From contig CM120641.1 of NCBI GenBank assembly GCA_051362555.1, positions 36,896,401 through 36,960,400 on the forward strand: a stretch of DNA of 64,000 nt. Reading direction: 5' to 3'. The position numbers and the translations under genes are program-made. This DNA is from Lingula anatina. Taxonomy: Eukaryota > Animalia > Brachiopoda. Shown here piece after piece: positions 41,401 to 55,976 of the stretch (position 1 is the first letter of the stretch; every line of letters starts with the position of its first letter). The notes under the pieces were generated by a model. That model was not told the DNA's origin. It saw only the letters and a list, made by a program, of their open reading frames with translations, and made no database searches.

Positions 41401-44400
41401 AGATAACCATTTCCTTTATTGCCATAGTCTCCCCAGCTACAGCTCACTGGAGCCACTAACTGTGAAATGAAAAATTTTTAGTCTGACTCTGTATATTTGG
41501 ATTTCTATTTAATGGGGGTGACACTACCTTTACATTTTCTTAAATAAACTCATCTCTTGTCATCTGTGATGAATTTTCATTTGTTTTTTGAGTGATCATC
41601 TGTCAAGTTGCCCCAATATTCTTTGTTTTTATCTCAACCTATTGCTTGACTCCTCTCATTTGCCTGTTTCTCGCCAATCTGGGCCAATTGGTTATGTGTT
41701 GTTCTATTGTAATGTATGAAAAACTACTTGTCAGTGCATGCTGAAAAAGTTGCATGACAATTTAGAATTTGGGATATAATCTGGTAGCGGATGGTACTGT
41801 TGAACAGTTGATCTAAAAACATGAGGCGGAAAATTGCTCAGGTGTTCTAAAGCGACTGCATGTCAAATGGTTACATGCAGTCAAATGGTTACAGTGGTGA
41901 CATTACTATAGTTTATCACAAAACATTCCTATTTCCTTTTCTTTATTTTTTTCATTCTCTGAACTGACCTATGTTTTTAATAATCTTTTTGGAATATTAA
42001 ATGCACCACTTGTTTGTATGTGGAATAAACAATTAAGAAGCCTGTCTCAAGTGACCTTTAATCGGGAGTGCATTTATAACTACTTAACAGTGATCTTCAG
42101 TGCATGTAATGGCCATTCCACATATAATTTATGTTTATCACACACCCTGTGCCTGCAAAGCAGAAAGAAAATGTATTTGGAAAGCTTTCCCTGATTTTTT
42201 TTTTACTTTGAACAAGGAATTGTTCACCGCAAGCTGGGTTGGAAATCACCAAGTGTTACTACATCTTGTGGGCACAGTGTGTTCTGTTGAAATTCCTGGA
42301 GAACAGGCCACTTGTTTCCACATTCTTAGCATGTATTAAGTAGAGCCACTTGTTTCTCATAACCATTCAACAAATGTGTGAAGGACAGGTATGCAGGCTT
42401 TTAGTTGAAAAAAAAAATACTTCTTTCCTCGAGCACAATACTTGTTTGTTGCAGTCCTAGACCCATAGGTCACCCGTCTGAAGTTTGATGGGCATACAGT
42501 AGATAAGCACGATAAATTAAGCTTGTTTGTTGATTTAAAATTTTGTTTGTCCATTCATTCCTTTTGGTGTAATACTGTGTTAAAAGTTTTCAAGTTGTAG
42601 GTGTTCTAGAAATAGAATTCAAGTACATACAGATGGGTTGGACTGAAACATTATGACTTCCAGAATTAATGATACCTAAAGAATTTTGTTAAAGTTTCAA
42701 AAGAAACCATCAAATTCTTTGTTGGAGAGGGCTTTACTTTTGAGTTGTATTTTTAGCTCAACATGGTAGAATTTAATGAAGGGCAGGTTTTCTTAAATTT
42801 TGATACACACCTAATAAGTTTTTTTCTGTTTATTCATCACATTTGCTTGATGAATGACTTAGTAATTATTGGGAGCTCAAATTTTCACCCTGGTTGAGAA
42901 GGGATTATAAATTAGGGGGTCTTTGATGAACACCTATGCCAAGGAACTTTGGGCTCGGGTTACAGAATATAGGGATTGTTGAGCTTATTACTTACAAATT
43001 TTGATCAAATTAGAACTGTTACAACCTGGGGGTCCCCCAATTATACCCAGATCACGGGGTTGAAGATAAAGTCTGACAAGGGTGACAACCTTCAGTGACT
43101 CTTAAAAATCTGAATGGGGATATGCTTGTCTGGGTTGCTCTGCTGTCATTAGAAAAGGTGAGAAAAATAGAAACGATGTTGGCCACCCTGAGAAGTAGAC
43201 CCCATGCATGGTCCCCTTATTATCCTCCCTCATCTTCAGCATCACAACATTTTGTTCGACGCTTAATGAGGGCTCTAATGAGAGCTAGACGCTTTGTCCA
43301 GTCAAGGTTTAGATGATAAAAGACCAAAAGATAGCCTCATACCCACCAGCTTATGATTGTCAGACCTTGCTTATTTTTCATTATAATAATAATGTGAAGA
43401 AATTTGGGATGCTTGCAACAAAGGTTCAGGGTCACTTCATTACTGATAAAAATATTTGAAAGATGAATGAATTGTGAGTTTTTCAAAGGACTTGCAAAAA
43501 TTGGGTAACGCCCACTTTAATCTAATGCCTTAATGCAGATCCTGTGTGATTAGTTTCATCCTATCAATTCTGTTTTATTAAATTTCTTTTGGATAAAAGG
43601 TTTACGCCTGTTGGTTCTTGCATGTTTTACACCTTGGTGGAGATTGATGGAATATTCATACCATGGGCCAGTACAGAAATACCCTGTTATTCTACCACAA
43701 TGGTGTGAGATGCAGCTTAGTGTCACAAAGCATTTATGTCTTAGAATAGTAGTAATACAAGGAGGATCAAACCATTTATTAGTGCCTAAGTGCATACATT
43801 TTGAGTTTGTGGCCTTCTTTCATACCTGTTACGTCGATCTCGATTGTAACCTGTTTGAAAGCCCTCCTAATTCAAATTAAAAGGTTATGGTAAAAATTGA
43901 CATAGTTGTTTTTGTTGTGTACAAAAGGATTTGATAAGATTTTGACATTGATTCCCTGCTGTTTACTATAATTGTAAAACCAACTGGCTATACATATATT
44001 AACTTTCCCTGAAGGTATGTCAAAAAAGAAATAAAATGTCTTGAAATTACTGAAGTGATAGCAATTTCACCAGCAGAAGGTTCAGAAGTCTTGCGGCTAT
44101 GTTATTATGGGATATTATGGACAATGGCTTGCCTAGTTAAAGCAGGTGAAAAAGAGGCACCCACATAACTACTTTAGACTGTAGTTGTTATAGTTTCCAC
44201 TTTATACTATTGTTATTTATTACTTTCTGATATCTTAATAAGCTGTACCCGTAGGAAAGTTTCTGGTTCAGTTGACATCTTACAAAGGATACTTTGCAAA
44301 GGTGGAATATTTTAATCTTCAGGTATGGTTTAAAGTCACTTTAAAGAATTATTCCACTTACCTTGGAGATTTCATTCCCTTATAAAACCTGAATAGATAT

Positions 44401-47400
44401 GAACCTGAAAAGATACAATATTGACTGTTTTTCTCTTGCTATTAAACTTGTGTTATAAGATGCATCATATTTGTTTATGTTGGAAGATAGACCATTATGC
44501 TTGTGCTTCTTGTTCATTCACAAAATCCATCAAAACTGACAATGAGCACCTGACTTAAAAAAGACAACTTTGAGATAAGGTAATGGTTTAAGTCCTTGTC
44601 CAAGTCCAGAACTAGTGAAAAAGGGAACTAATTATGGGATCAGTTTTCATTGTCCACCTGTCTACCTTCAGTTATCTCTCAAGATTCTGTCTGTCCAATT
44701 TCCCTCTGAAACCTTGGAGATCAGCACCTATATTTTGCTATGGTCTAAGGAGAGTTGACTGGGGTGCAATACAATCTGGAGGCATTTCCAGAGTAAACAT
44801 TCTAGGTTTTTAATCAGCCCCCAGGAGAGTTGAACAGATAACTAGCTTTTATTTTTGTCAACTGTTTTTTGTCAAGAGAAGACTACACAGATAACTTCAT
44901 AATTTTGAATAGTGAAATGTTTTAGTTTTTTGTCTGCAGAAAAGATGACAGTTTACAATCAAATTTCACAACCTCAAGTACTTCTTTAAAACGTTTCTGT
45001 TTTATTTCATCTCAACAGTAATTCAAAAAGTGCCAAAACATTTTTGTTGTGCAAGTGCATTTGTCAGATTTATGGCTGAGGAAATTCTGTTCGATAGCCA
45101 TGTCTGTAAAATCACCAGTTATCTTTTGTGGATCGCAATTTTCAACTAGCTGTCTCCAGATTATGAATTCTCACAGTAAGTTTCCAAAGATGAAATGTAC
45201 TGATTATGCCTCCTGATGTGCAAGAGTTGTTCTCTGTTTGAGTCAAAACCAGAGTAATCCACAGTGCACACCCTTGTACACATGTGGTTTTCAAGTATTA
45301 AATCTCTTTATACAAAAGTGCTTTTTGGAGCACCATTGATTATAGGCCTTCTCACTTTGATTGCAAAAACTAGGATGGATCAAACATATTGTTTAATAGA
45401 ATGTGGCAATGGTTTTGAAGTGTTCAAGTCCTTTTCATGGCTGTGATATTGTCAAGACTACCTGATTATAGACCTTCTCATTTTGATTGCCAAAAAAAGT
45501 AGGATGCATCAAGCATATTGTTTAATGAAAGGTGGCAATGGTTCCAGTTTGGCGAGGAGTTTTTGCAAAGGGGAGGAATAGCTGTCATGTGTCCCTTACA
45601 AAGTTCCCTTGTTCAGAAACCAAGCTCCTGCAGAACTCACTGTCACATCAGTCTGTTTGGTACTTCATCAAACTGCTTGAAAATGGTGATTTGATGCAGG
45701 AGCCATTGTGGTGAAATTGCACTGCAATTTAGTTCTACCATCTTAAGGGCTTATTCGTTGGCAGCATCAGCAGCAGGGATGCAGCCGACATTTTGTTCAT
45801 CCTCATAGTATCTTATAACATAATAAGGCAAGCAATTTCTTGAGGAACAAAAGAAAAAACCTTGCTTAATTTTTATCTGTGGACCCTTGGGTGGGTGAAA
45901 CAGAGAAGGGACTTGTGACCAGCTGATACCAGTTAGTTCAATGAATAAATCAATTCAGGGGCTGAATAGAAATTGGTCCTACATAAATTGGAAACCTGGT
46001 GATAAAAGATATCAGTATCTTTTTTTCTTAACCAATTATGTATGCCCCCTTGGGAGACTCAATTTTTCTTTCCATAGAATTAGACATAACATTAAGGTTC
46101 TTTCCATAGAATAAGACTTAACATTTGGGACCTCCATTTAGAATATTTAGAAAAAGAAATGCAATGTTTCAATTTTATGTGATGGTGGTTGGCAACCCAT
46201 TTGTATCATTTAATTTTCTCAAATGTTAAAGTCCTTGTGTGGTGAACTCTAATCAGCTTTTTGCTTTGCTTTCAAGAGATGTGTTTTGATTAGTTAAAGC
46301 AATATGAGAATCGGAGCCCTCCCAATAAGTGGTACATGCTTCCAGGTGTCAATATGGGCCATGTGCAACCTTCTCATTAGATCTTTGCACTTTATTACAG
46401 GGGGAGGTGGTAACAATTGCACAAAGAATTCATGCCTATGGCTTGTACCTGTTCATTTTAATCAACTTTCAGAGTTGATAGATAAAACCTCAGTCTCAAA
46501 AGAATATCTGCTGGCAGTGTTGCAAGAGATGGGCACCGCCCTTTGCTTAGTTGTGTGAAGGACAAACTAGAATGATGAGGCTGGACCAGAACTTACTTTA
46601 TTGTCTCTTTGTCATTTAATCAACTTGCCAAGTTAATAAAAAATTCATTCTCTGAAGAATATCTTTGTCGGCAGTGTTCCAAGAGTTACTAACTTCCCTC
46701 AAGCTTTGTTGTGCAGAGGACATCAGTTTTATGCTGAGTTGATGAGGCTGGACATGGGCTTATTAAAGTATCATAACAATTAATGTAGTGTTGCCCCCCT
46801 GTTTGTTCCTGGAGGCAGTGTTTTGTGGGTTGGGATGATGCTCTCTGTTATTTCACTGACGTTTAGATTTAGTACAGGTGATTTATTGTATTTGGTAGAA
46901 TTGGGGGGGGGAGGGGTGAGAAGAGAGGAGGTGGGAAGGTAGATAAGATGATTGGCAGTTGGAAGGGCATTTTACTGATTTTATTTGAAAATATTCAATT
47001 TGTCCTTACAGCAAAAGTACAGCAAGCTATAATAAAACACTTTTCTTCTCTGAGTGTCATTTTATTACACTGTGACAGCATCATTATTCTCAGATGACAG
47101 CAAGGATGAAAGTTGCATTTTGCAAGCACCTGGACGAAGGATATTTTGGCACACATACCAAGTTCCATAGGTGGCTGACAGTGGCAGTAGCAATATACTA
47201 GCATTTGATTAGAGCCAAGAATGCCAAGAGCTTGGTTTTATCAAAGACATCCTTGCCAACTGCCCTGTGGAACGGAAGTCTGTACTTGAATAGGGTGTAA
47301 AATGATGAATATTTAACAGACAAAAGTGTCTGAGAGGAAACCTTCCAGTGGGGGCTTGTCAGTAGTCCCAAATCACACGTGATTGAATTCTTTCCCACAG

Positions 47401-50400
47401 CTTGTGAATATTGATTTTTGGTGACAAGGCTATCTTTGGGTTCTGACACCTACACCTACATCCTGTGACCCCTGATTACATTATATTGACATATTCTACC
47501 TCTGATGGCCAGCTATCACCTTCAAGCCTTGGGAACATTTTAGGTCTCACAATATGGTTATAATAATTATATGCAATCATTAATTGATTGGTAGATTCTT
47601 ATTGCACGTATCTGATAATTGTCTTGTAATGAAATTGTCAGGGACAAGTAATGTGTCATATTTCTTGACTTTGATTTGAGGACAGTCAGGTGATATATTT
47701 CTCCTAAAGTGACCAATGTAGAAATACACTAACATTTTGCTAATAGCTTCTTGAAGAGATTATCAGTCTCTAGATTGTTTTCATTATGAACAGTCTGGTA
47801 CAAAATTATATCCATTGGCACATGTCAAACTCAGGGATCATCTGGGCACATGTTGTAATTGAAAGAAAGTCATAATAAGGGAACACTGTTATGGCAAGTC
47901 TGTTGGAAGTATATGACACATTGTTTTCTTATTTTGATTGTAATCAACATCTACCCCGAATCTCTTAGCATGGTGCAGTCAAAACTGATGACTTCCAAAA
48001 ACAACAGGTCCATGTGCTGGCGGCAGCTTTACTTGGTGCATGTGTTGAATAATAAAATGTTCTGTATGTCCAAAAATGATGTTTTAATTAATCATTATTT
48101 GGATAGCATGACCTCTCAAATAATAAGGGAACAAGTATTGCAACTCTTATCTGAATATAATGAACAGTACAGACAAACACCTAACAGAAAACAAAAACTT
48201 TGTATCAAAACCCATACTTTATTATGGACTCTAACTGCTTGTTTCCAAAAACACTTTGATATATAGATTGCCTATCTGGCTGTTTCCCATGAAGTTTTGA
48301 AATGGCTATTGCAAAATTGATATCAACAAAACCCTACAGATGATGGGTTGTTAGGTAAGAGAATATGATGGCCCTAGATTTTGTGTGCTATTATTCCTTA
48401 GGAACTTGGTGGTGGTCTAGATGTCTCACCTTATCCAGGTCCCACATTGTGCAATGCTTGTTTTTGCAGAGTCTCAAGTTTTGTCTACTCTCTTTCCAAT
48501 TAATTACCAGTGGACACATACAAATCAGGATACCACATATCTGGTTTGTGAGGAGTCATAACAGAAAAGTTAATATCCAGTGCCAGACATTTAAATGGGG
48601 GCCCATTTTAATGGTTACAAATGAGGAACCCAGGGTTTGATTAATCTCCTCTCCCTAAGGTGCTGAAGATAAGAGACTTTGAGTCTATACTTGGACAGAG
48701 AATAACACTGGCCACTGTTTTTCTGGGGAAATGATATATGGCCATTGAACATGGAACATGTCAACTTGTTGAAGTTTGTAGTTCTATTTTTGTCATTGCT
48801 TTGGCTAATAGAGTGACCTCTAAATTGTATTGTCTGCAATGTATAAGCACAAAACTTTAAAGCCTCAAATATCAAATTGTTTTCAAAACATCTGTAGACA
48901 TTGGATTTATTAACCTGCTGTACTATGTAAATCCTGATATCAAAGGCAATGGCTGGGGTGGCTGTGACCCATGATGCTTTGAACCACTAACTACTGACCC
49001 ATCACATGGACCTTGTGCCTGGAGGAAAGACAATATATGCTGGTCACACTCATACCTGGAGGTCAGCTGAGTGAATTGAACAGACTGACCAGAACTGCCC
49101 AGGATTAACTGAAAATATCCCCAAAATGAACAGAAAATGCTTTGATTAAAAGTCTACTTTACAGTTGCATTTATTTATTTTTTTCTATTTCCTTGTCTTT
49201 GTTTGTCTTACTGACTTTAAAGAAGGGGTTATGATATTTTAAACTGATGATAACTTAAACTGATGTTGACAGTTGAAGAAATGAATAGAAAAGAAATAAG
49301 CTATGGGAGGGTAGAGTTACACCAGTTTTGTTCAGAATAACCATGCAGAGAGAGGGAAAAAAGATACCCCTGTATGTTTGAGGCATGAAATCAATGGTTC
49401 ACTAACAGGGCTCTGCTTTGAGTGCTTAAAAACATGTAGGGTCCCCTTCATTGATACTGGTCTCCACTGGGTTCTAATGAGATTGGTTTCAGTTTGAAAA
49501 GAATGAAAAAAACTAGTATGAATAACCAAATATCTGCAGGTCAAATGATGGAATTCTTGATCTGTCAGATGGCTCGTATTGTCTGTGGGTATTTTGAGAT
49601 CTAGTTATGCTGAATTTTTTTCCCTCTTTTCTTTTATTGAGTATGCTTGCGGGATTACCACACGTGCCGCCAACCAGATTCAATTACTGGCATTCTTCGA
49701 AACTCCTGCCTTAACATGTTATTGTGGATTAAAATTCAACCGAGAATTGTAATTGGTTTCGCGTGTGTGGAAATTTCTTTCTAGGTGAAAAAAAATTGCT
49801 TTTCTCTCAGTGATAGAACTGTCCTTGCCCTCCTTGATCATGAAGAGCCTTTCTGTAGACATACACTGAAATTATTAAACCACATGTTACTGTGAAGTGT
49901 GTGGTCTGTTTTACTGATCTTGTCATCAGCAACATCAAAGAAAGGACAGAGAGATGGTTTTGATCATAGTTGTAGTATTTTAGTTTGGTTGGTCCCTGGA
50001 TTTGTTTCCTATTCTCTGGGACACTCCCTAACTTGTTTATTACATCCATTTTGAAACGTCCCTGACTGCAGTTTGGTCTTGTTTAGTCTTCTCTTGTAGG
50101 AGAGTGTCCGTCTTTTTACGACCAAGATTATTTGCCCCATGGAGATGAGGCAAAATGGAAAACACAAGCATCTCTCTTTTAATATATATTTCAAAACCGA
50201 AAAAAAGAGATAAAGAATATAAATAAATCTCTGAGCAAAAAAAAAAAAAAAATGCCATTAGGAACTAGAAGTATGGCATTTGTGCATTAAGCACAGGCTT
50301 TTCAGCAGCTGCCTTTTGCCAGCATGTTTTTGCTTACAATTTATATATTTCTTCAGCTTTCAGCAAGTTTACATCTTGTGCCAGCCTGATTTTGTCATGG

Positions 50401-53400
50401 CTGTAATTAAAAGTCCTAGGGCAGTTACTGGTATTCTGGTATTCATATCTTGAAAGCACACTGCATAATATTAGCTGATAGCTTAAGGAAGAGATGTCTT
50501 TTCTAGTTATGCTCTATTATGATGTTAATCTTGAATAATTAAGGCGCAACAATGCATATCCAATCTAAAGTGCAATCTAAATGTTTTGTTAAAGACATAT
50601 TTAATCGGTACATATTTAGATAACATATCAGGACTGGAGTTCACAGTGTGCATTTGAAGTTAAAATTGCTCTCATTATAAAGCGACTCTTTATTCACCAG
50701 ACCTGAAAGTCTATTGTACAAAGAGCATTCTGTTTTTTAAAACAGTGTAGACTTTCACAATAGGGACTGCACATGTTTCTTGACGGTGGAGATAAAAAGA
50801 AATCAATACTAGAGTCTAATAATGAGCTGTTTTCTCTGAATAAAAACCAATGTGATTATGTGACTGGTTTCTGATATAGGTTTCATTTAATCTAAACATG
50901 AATTAAGAACTTGTTAAAGAAAAGCTAAAGGTCACTGGAATAATAGTCTATAATTTCTCAATTGAAATGGATTTTTCTGGATCACCAAATTGCGTTTATC
51001 TGGATGGTTTCCTCTGCGTATTGTCACTTTTTACCAGCAGTAATTGCAATGACAAGACATGAAAAACATTAAGTGACTATTGATATCAGAGACATTCACC
51101 TCTGCACTGAAGATTCATTATTTTCTTCCTCTAACTAAGGTATATATATGTGTGTGTATTTAAAACTTTTTCTTTAACGGGTAAAAATGCACAGCTGGGA
51201 CCCCGCTCCTCTCTCTAACAGAAAAGTTTCCTAATATATATCTATAGAATAACCTTTTGTTGATGTTAAACTCTGGTACATATAATGGAAAAGTCACAGA
51301 GCATTAGTTTCATGGCATGTGTAAATCTAGCTGCAATCATTTGTGTGTGAAGGTGATATTTGAGGTGCTTTATGCTGGTACTGAGTGGATTTTCCCTGCA
51401 TTAGGCATCACATCTCCCATACTCGTGTCTTTGAACATTTTTAGATGCGCTTCATCATCTGACAAGATACCAGTTCTCATCTTTATGCTTTTTTTTTGGT
51501 CAAGGTGAAGGCATTTGTTTGATTATAAAGGTGGAAAAATAATAAATTATTCCATATACCCGCATCTTTATATCTTATTTCCTTTTGTGGCATGGAAAAG
51601 TTTTTTCTTCATGAGAAAGGTGTTCTAAATGTGAATAGGAAGCAAATATTTATTTAGAAATAAAGAAAAACTTGAAACTAACAGCTTGCCATGTTTCATA
51701 AAATTATATTGTTGACAAAAAAGATGTTCTTTTAGGAATTAACTTGAATTTTAAATAAATTAGCTCTTAAAATTGCATTTCTTGAATTTTGAATAAAAGT
51801 TTTAGAATACAACTGGGAATTAGAATGCAATTACTAGTCCCATAAAATGTTTAAAAATTTGAAGGATTGTATTTGAACAATCTTATTACAAAAAATCTTA
51901 TGGCCAACATTGAGCAATATCTAACACGGGTACATTTTGTGGGACCGAAACTCAAATGTTAAAAGTCTTGTAATTGTGATGAATAGAGGTATTTTCAGGT
52001 GTTAAAAGTATTGTATATGTCATCTGCTGTTTTTGAGAGAAAGTTTATTTAGAAAATACAGCACAGTTTTGATTAAATAACAAACCATGGCAAAGTTAGC
52101 AACTGCTTCACAACATCAACAAGCAGCAAAATTTCTTTTATTGTCACAAGAAAAATAATATGCTAGACTCATGAAAATTATTAGGCAGGTGCCAATCAAT
52201 AGTTACAGAACATTTTGTAACAGATACATATTCAGCATACTTCTAGTTCATAAAATAAAATGGATGTCATTTTTATTTTCAGAGTGTCGACCATGTACAG
52301 ATGAAGAATTGTTAAATGCGTATTGCTCAAGTGAATATGGTAAGTTGACTATTTTTGTTGTTTGAAGTGTTGCTGTAACTGCTCTGTTATACATACACTT
52401 TAGACCTGTTTCCACTAGAAATGAACTGGCCTGATTTAGTGCAGTCATTTTAACAGCACAAAACTGCATCATTTTGTATTTGATCAAATTAGTCTTCCTA
52501 CTAAATTATTGCTTACTAAGTTAAACTAACACATCCTTTCTGGAAACATGCCTCAAGTTTAACTGCTTGGCAATGTTATTTGCAATTCTTGGGGCCAGTT
52601 TTAGCAGTCAGTTGCACACTCATTAAACATACTTTCATAAATTAATCAAATTATTGCTTTCTTTATCTCATGCACCAATCTATGTTATAAGTAGGATATT
52701 ATTTTAGAAGTAAAAACTGCCCATAATAAACTCAAACTGAAAAATATGCACCGGTACCTCTTATGATCTTGGCTTTATTTTGAAAAAATGATACACAATA
52801 GTGACGAAACTGTTGTTATTACTTTTCCATCTTTTGAGAAGATATTATACAAAGTTTGTGCAGCCAGCTGCACACTTTAAACTGAGGCTCCTTTCAATTG
52901 TTTGCTTCAATGCACAAAACCTTTTTTTCTCTTATATTTACTGGTCCTGGCTTGACATATAGCAGAACTAATGTCTGTATTTAGTTCAGAAAAGACCCAT
53001 GAATGCCTGTTTAAGGTTCTTTAAATGCCTCTTGTCAATCTAAACTTTCAAATACTGAAGAATTACTTGCATTCAGGCCAAAAGCAAAGGAAATCAGGCA
53101 TTTTTTATTGCATTCTCTGTCTGGTAATTTAACCCTGATTACAAAAATACTCTGAAGTAACTTTATGAGGGAGGGACCTGGTTGTTACATTTTTGAACAA
53201 TAACTTGACATGAAATATTCCAGGAATTATTAGTATAATGATAAATTCACATTGGAAGTTTTGTCAAAAATTCCTTTACATCATATTTGAGCCCCATTTT
53301 AGCTTAGCTATTGAGGTGAAATCTATCCACCACCTCACTTTACCCAGATGGTATTCTGTTTACAGCTGTTTATCTTAAAAGAAGCATCAATCTTTGAACT

Positions 53401-55976
53401 GGTAATCAAATTTGAAATTTTCTGGATAAAGAGTTTATGTGCAGCATGCAAAAAGTATTTTATTCATTAATTTGGCATTCTGCTGTGCTAAACATAGCAG
53501 GATCTGGGTGATTTGTTTCAGTTTGTGAATGTGTCATTCCAAGGTGCCTGGATATAAACCTATGGTGTAATCTTTTGGGGATAAGGAAACCCCCTTCTGT
53601 GGCAATGAATTGAGCAATTAATCCTCATAGCTGGTCAAATCCTTAAACTGTGAAGCTGCTAATAGGTGTATCAGTATGTTTATTGTTGGTGTTCCCTTGG
53701 TGTCAGTAGAAAAAAGATTGCCAGAGGATGAAAGATTGAGTCCTATCACATGCTCCTTCAACATATAAAATGATATTGACATTTTATATCAATTTGATAT
53801 TTTTCTCGCATGTAAGTCAGAAAAAAGTTTCTGTCCTTTTGTGCCTGAATTTTAAACAAAGTAAATGTGATAATTTATGTAGGTTGATTTTGGCGGGAAT
53901 TGGTCGCCACAACATGTGGAACAAACAGTAACTTTGGCAAGTCATTTTAAAAGGAAATATGGACATATTTCAAATAACAATAAAACCAAATGAGAAAATT
54001 TCTTTACCATGTGTTTCACAAGTGTGACAAGAAATTATTTTTTAGCAAGATGCCCAATTAACAGTCATCAAGCTGTCATTTTCTTCAGGATAAAAGTAAT
54101 CTTATAATCAACTACTATCAAAATTACTTGATTGGCAGATTTCCTGGTCATTCTTGGTAATTTAGGTGAAAATCCATCATAATTATGAAAACTAAACCAA
54201 TCCTGCATGCACTTCCATGTAATTTAACAACTCTATAAATATGGCATTAGGGATGTGCTCCCTGGTCTTAGATAATTCATTGTTGTATGGTCATAGTTTG
54301 TTCCACTGCCAGCGGGGACTCCAGGCTGTCAGATTAAGCCTATTGTGCAGGTAAACCACAGGTGGTTGGATTTTACATGCAGCGTCTTGTAAATCTGGCA
54401 AAGGGACATCATACTTTTCATAATAGTCTTGTTCTGCCTCATACTTTTGGGATTGTCACGGCATAATTCTGTTGATGTAAACTTGTTGGTGTCCTGTCTT
54501 ATTTATGTGGTCCGGAAGATTATAAAAAAAAACCTTTAAAAGAACTTGAACAGTTGCCCTTGTAGTTACCACTTCACACTTAAGACCGGGGAGGTCAAAT
54601 ATAGCAGCACTTGATTTATTAAGAGGAGTCTTTTATGGTAGTTTTGAATTCATCTCAAAATTAAGCTGCTTTATTGAAAACACATTCCATCCTCCATATC
54701 ATAAGAGGGCTGATAAAAGGTGGACAGGTGAACCCCATGTCCCTGTCCAAATTCCTTTGATCACTTGCCACTCTTATTAAGTTACAAAAATCAAGAGATT
54801 ATGTTGGCTCTGACACCAAGGAAAATTCATTAAGAAATTGAAGCTGACAGTCATGTTTAATTTAATCAAGCAGAGATACACAGCATTTCTCCTTGATGTA
54901 CCTTATTAAAATAATGTTTCATTTGACTTTTATTATATTCTGCATGTTACTTTGGGGTGTTTTCATGCTAGGGGTTGTTTTGTATGCTCAGGGTTGACCA
55001 TTCTGTAGTAGTTAACCTATTAGCCTTTTGCACTGTGTGCACCTCTTAATAAAAATAAATAGTCAATTGGACCATGTGTGCAGCTGATGGCCAGAGTATA
55101 AACACACAAACACTGGAATTTCAGGGGGCCTAGTCACTCTCTGCAGTTTGTCATGTGTCATATTAAAAAGCAGGTGCTGATTTTATTAGAAAAGCTCAAT
55201 AAAAGTCTCAGCAATTAAATTGGAAAGAATGCTTGCTGTCAAGGAAGTGAATTGTTCCCTGTTACTGTGAAGCATATAGAAAAAAAAAACAAAGGAATGA
55301 CAAAAAAAAAAAAGAAAATGTAATTCAGTAGTAAAGTTGGTCATGTTTTTATAAACTAGTCTAAATCAGAGCCAGATGTTGTTGTGCCTTTTGTCCTGCC
55401 AGGCTTGGGCACGCTTATAAGTTCAGAACCACCCATGTCTCACCTTTTACAACTGACTTTGCTGGTGGACTTTTTTTTTTAAACATAAAATGCCCAGAAA
55501 ACAACACCAACAAAAATTGGAATAGAAAATAATTTTCAGAAACCAAGCCTGTAACTACTTCTTAACTGAAAGTCATGTTTATGTTTCTGAAAATCATTGA
55601 TAAGATATTAGTTTGCTATGAAAGAATCTTAAACTTAAATTTTTTTTTATTTTTTCCAGTTGTGATAGGTGCTATGGAGAAGGTTGAAAATAATCAAGAA
55701 CTGGAAGAAACAACCATGCATCTTCAACTTGCCAGTGTAGTTCGACAGAAAATCACAAGGTTTAAGCGCCAATCCTTTCATGGGGACATAAAATATACAG
55801 GCTCTGTGGTAGCGCCTTTAAAATGTGGCATCCGCCATGGAGAAGGAGACTTTCTGTTCACAGGAAGAATGCGTTTAGGAAAGTTGCGGTTGCAGTGTGC
55901 GCCTTTACTAAAAGACTGGGAAAGGTTAAAACACCAAGCAATAAAACAAGGAATATATCCTTGTCGACTTGACTGA
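35409..55976 (+). CDS. METRNL: Meteorin-family secreted protein (METRN/METRNL co-orthologue), 4 exons, 293 aa
   Basis: Exons 35409-35530, 40325-40710, 52283-52339 and 55660-55976 join in frame (882 nt). Signal peptide MKVYWCVVDLAVEAVLLFLLTLTTKSTG. Family motifs CAEGHIDWRQPYGALR, ECRPCTDEELLNAYCSSEYVV, CGIRHGEGDFLFTGRMRLGKLRLQCAP and terminal YPCRLD*. Confidence 0.93.
45337..45543. repeat. Diverged direct duplication of about 80 bp in meteorin intron 2
   Basis: tgattataggccttctcactttgattgc..ggatggatcaaacatattgtttaat..gtggcaatggtt at 45337-45414 recurs with substitutions at 45463-45543. Confidence 0.8.
46454..46753. repeat. Diverged tandem duplication of about 135-140 bp in meteorin intron 2
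   Basis: Units 46454-46586 and 46613-46753 share ttaatcaact..agaatatct..ggcagtgtt.caagag..ttgtg..ggaca..tgatgaggctggac. Confidence 0.7.
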
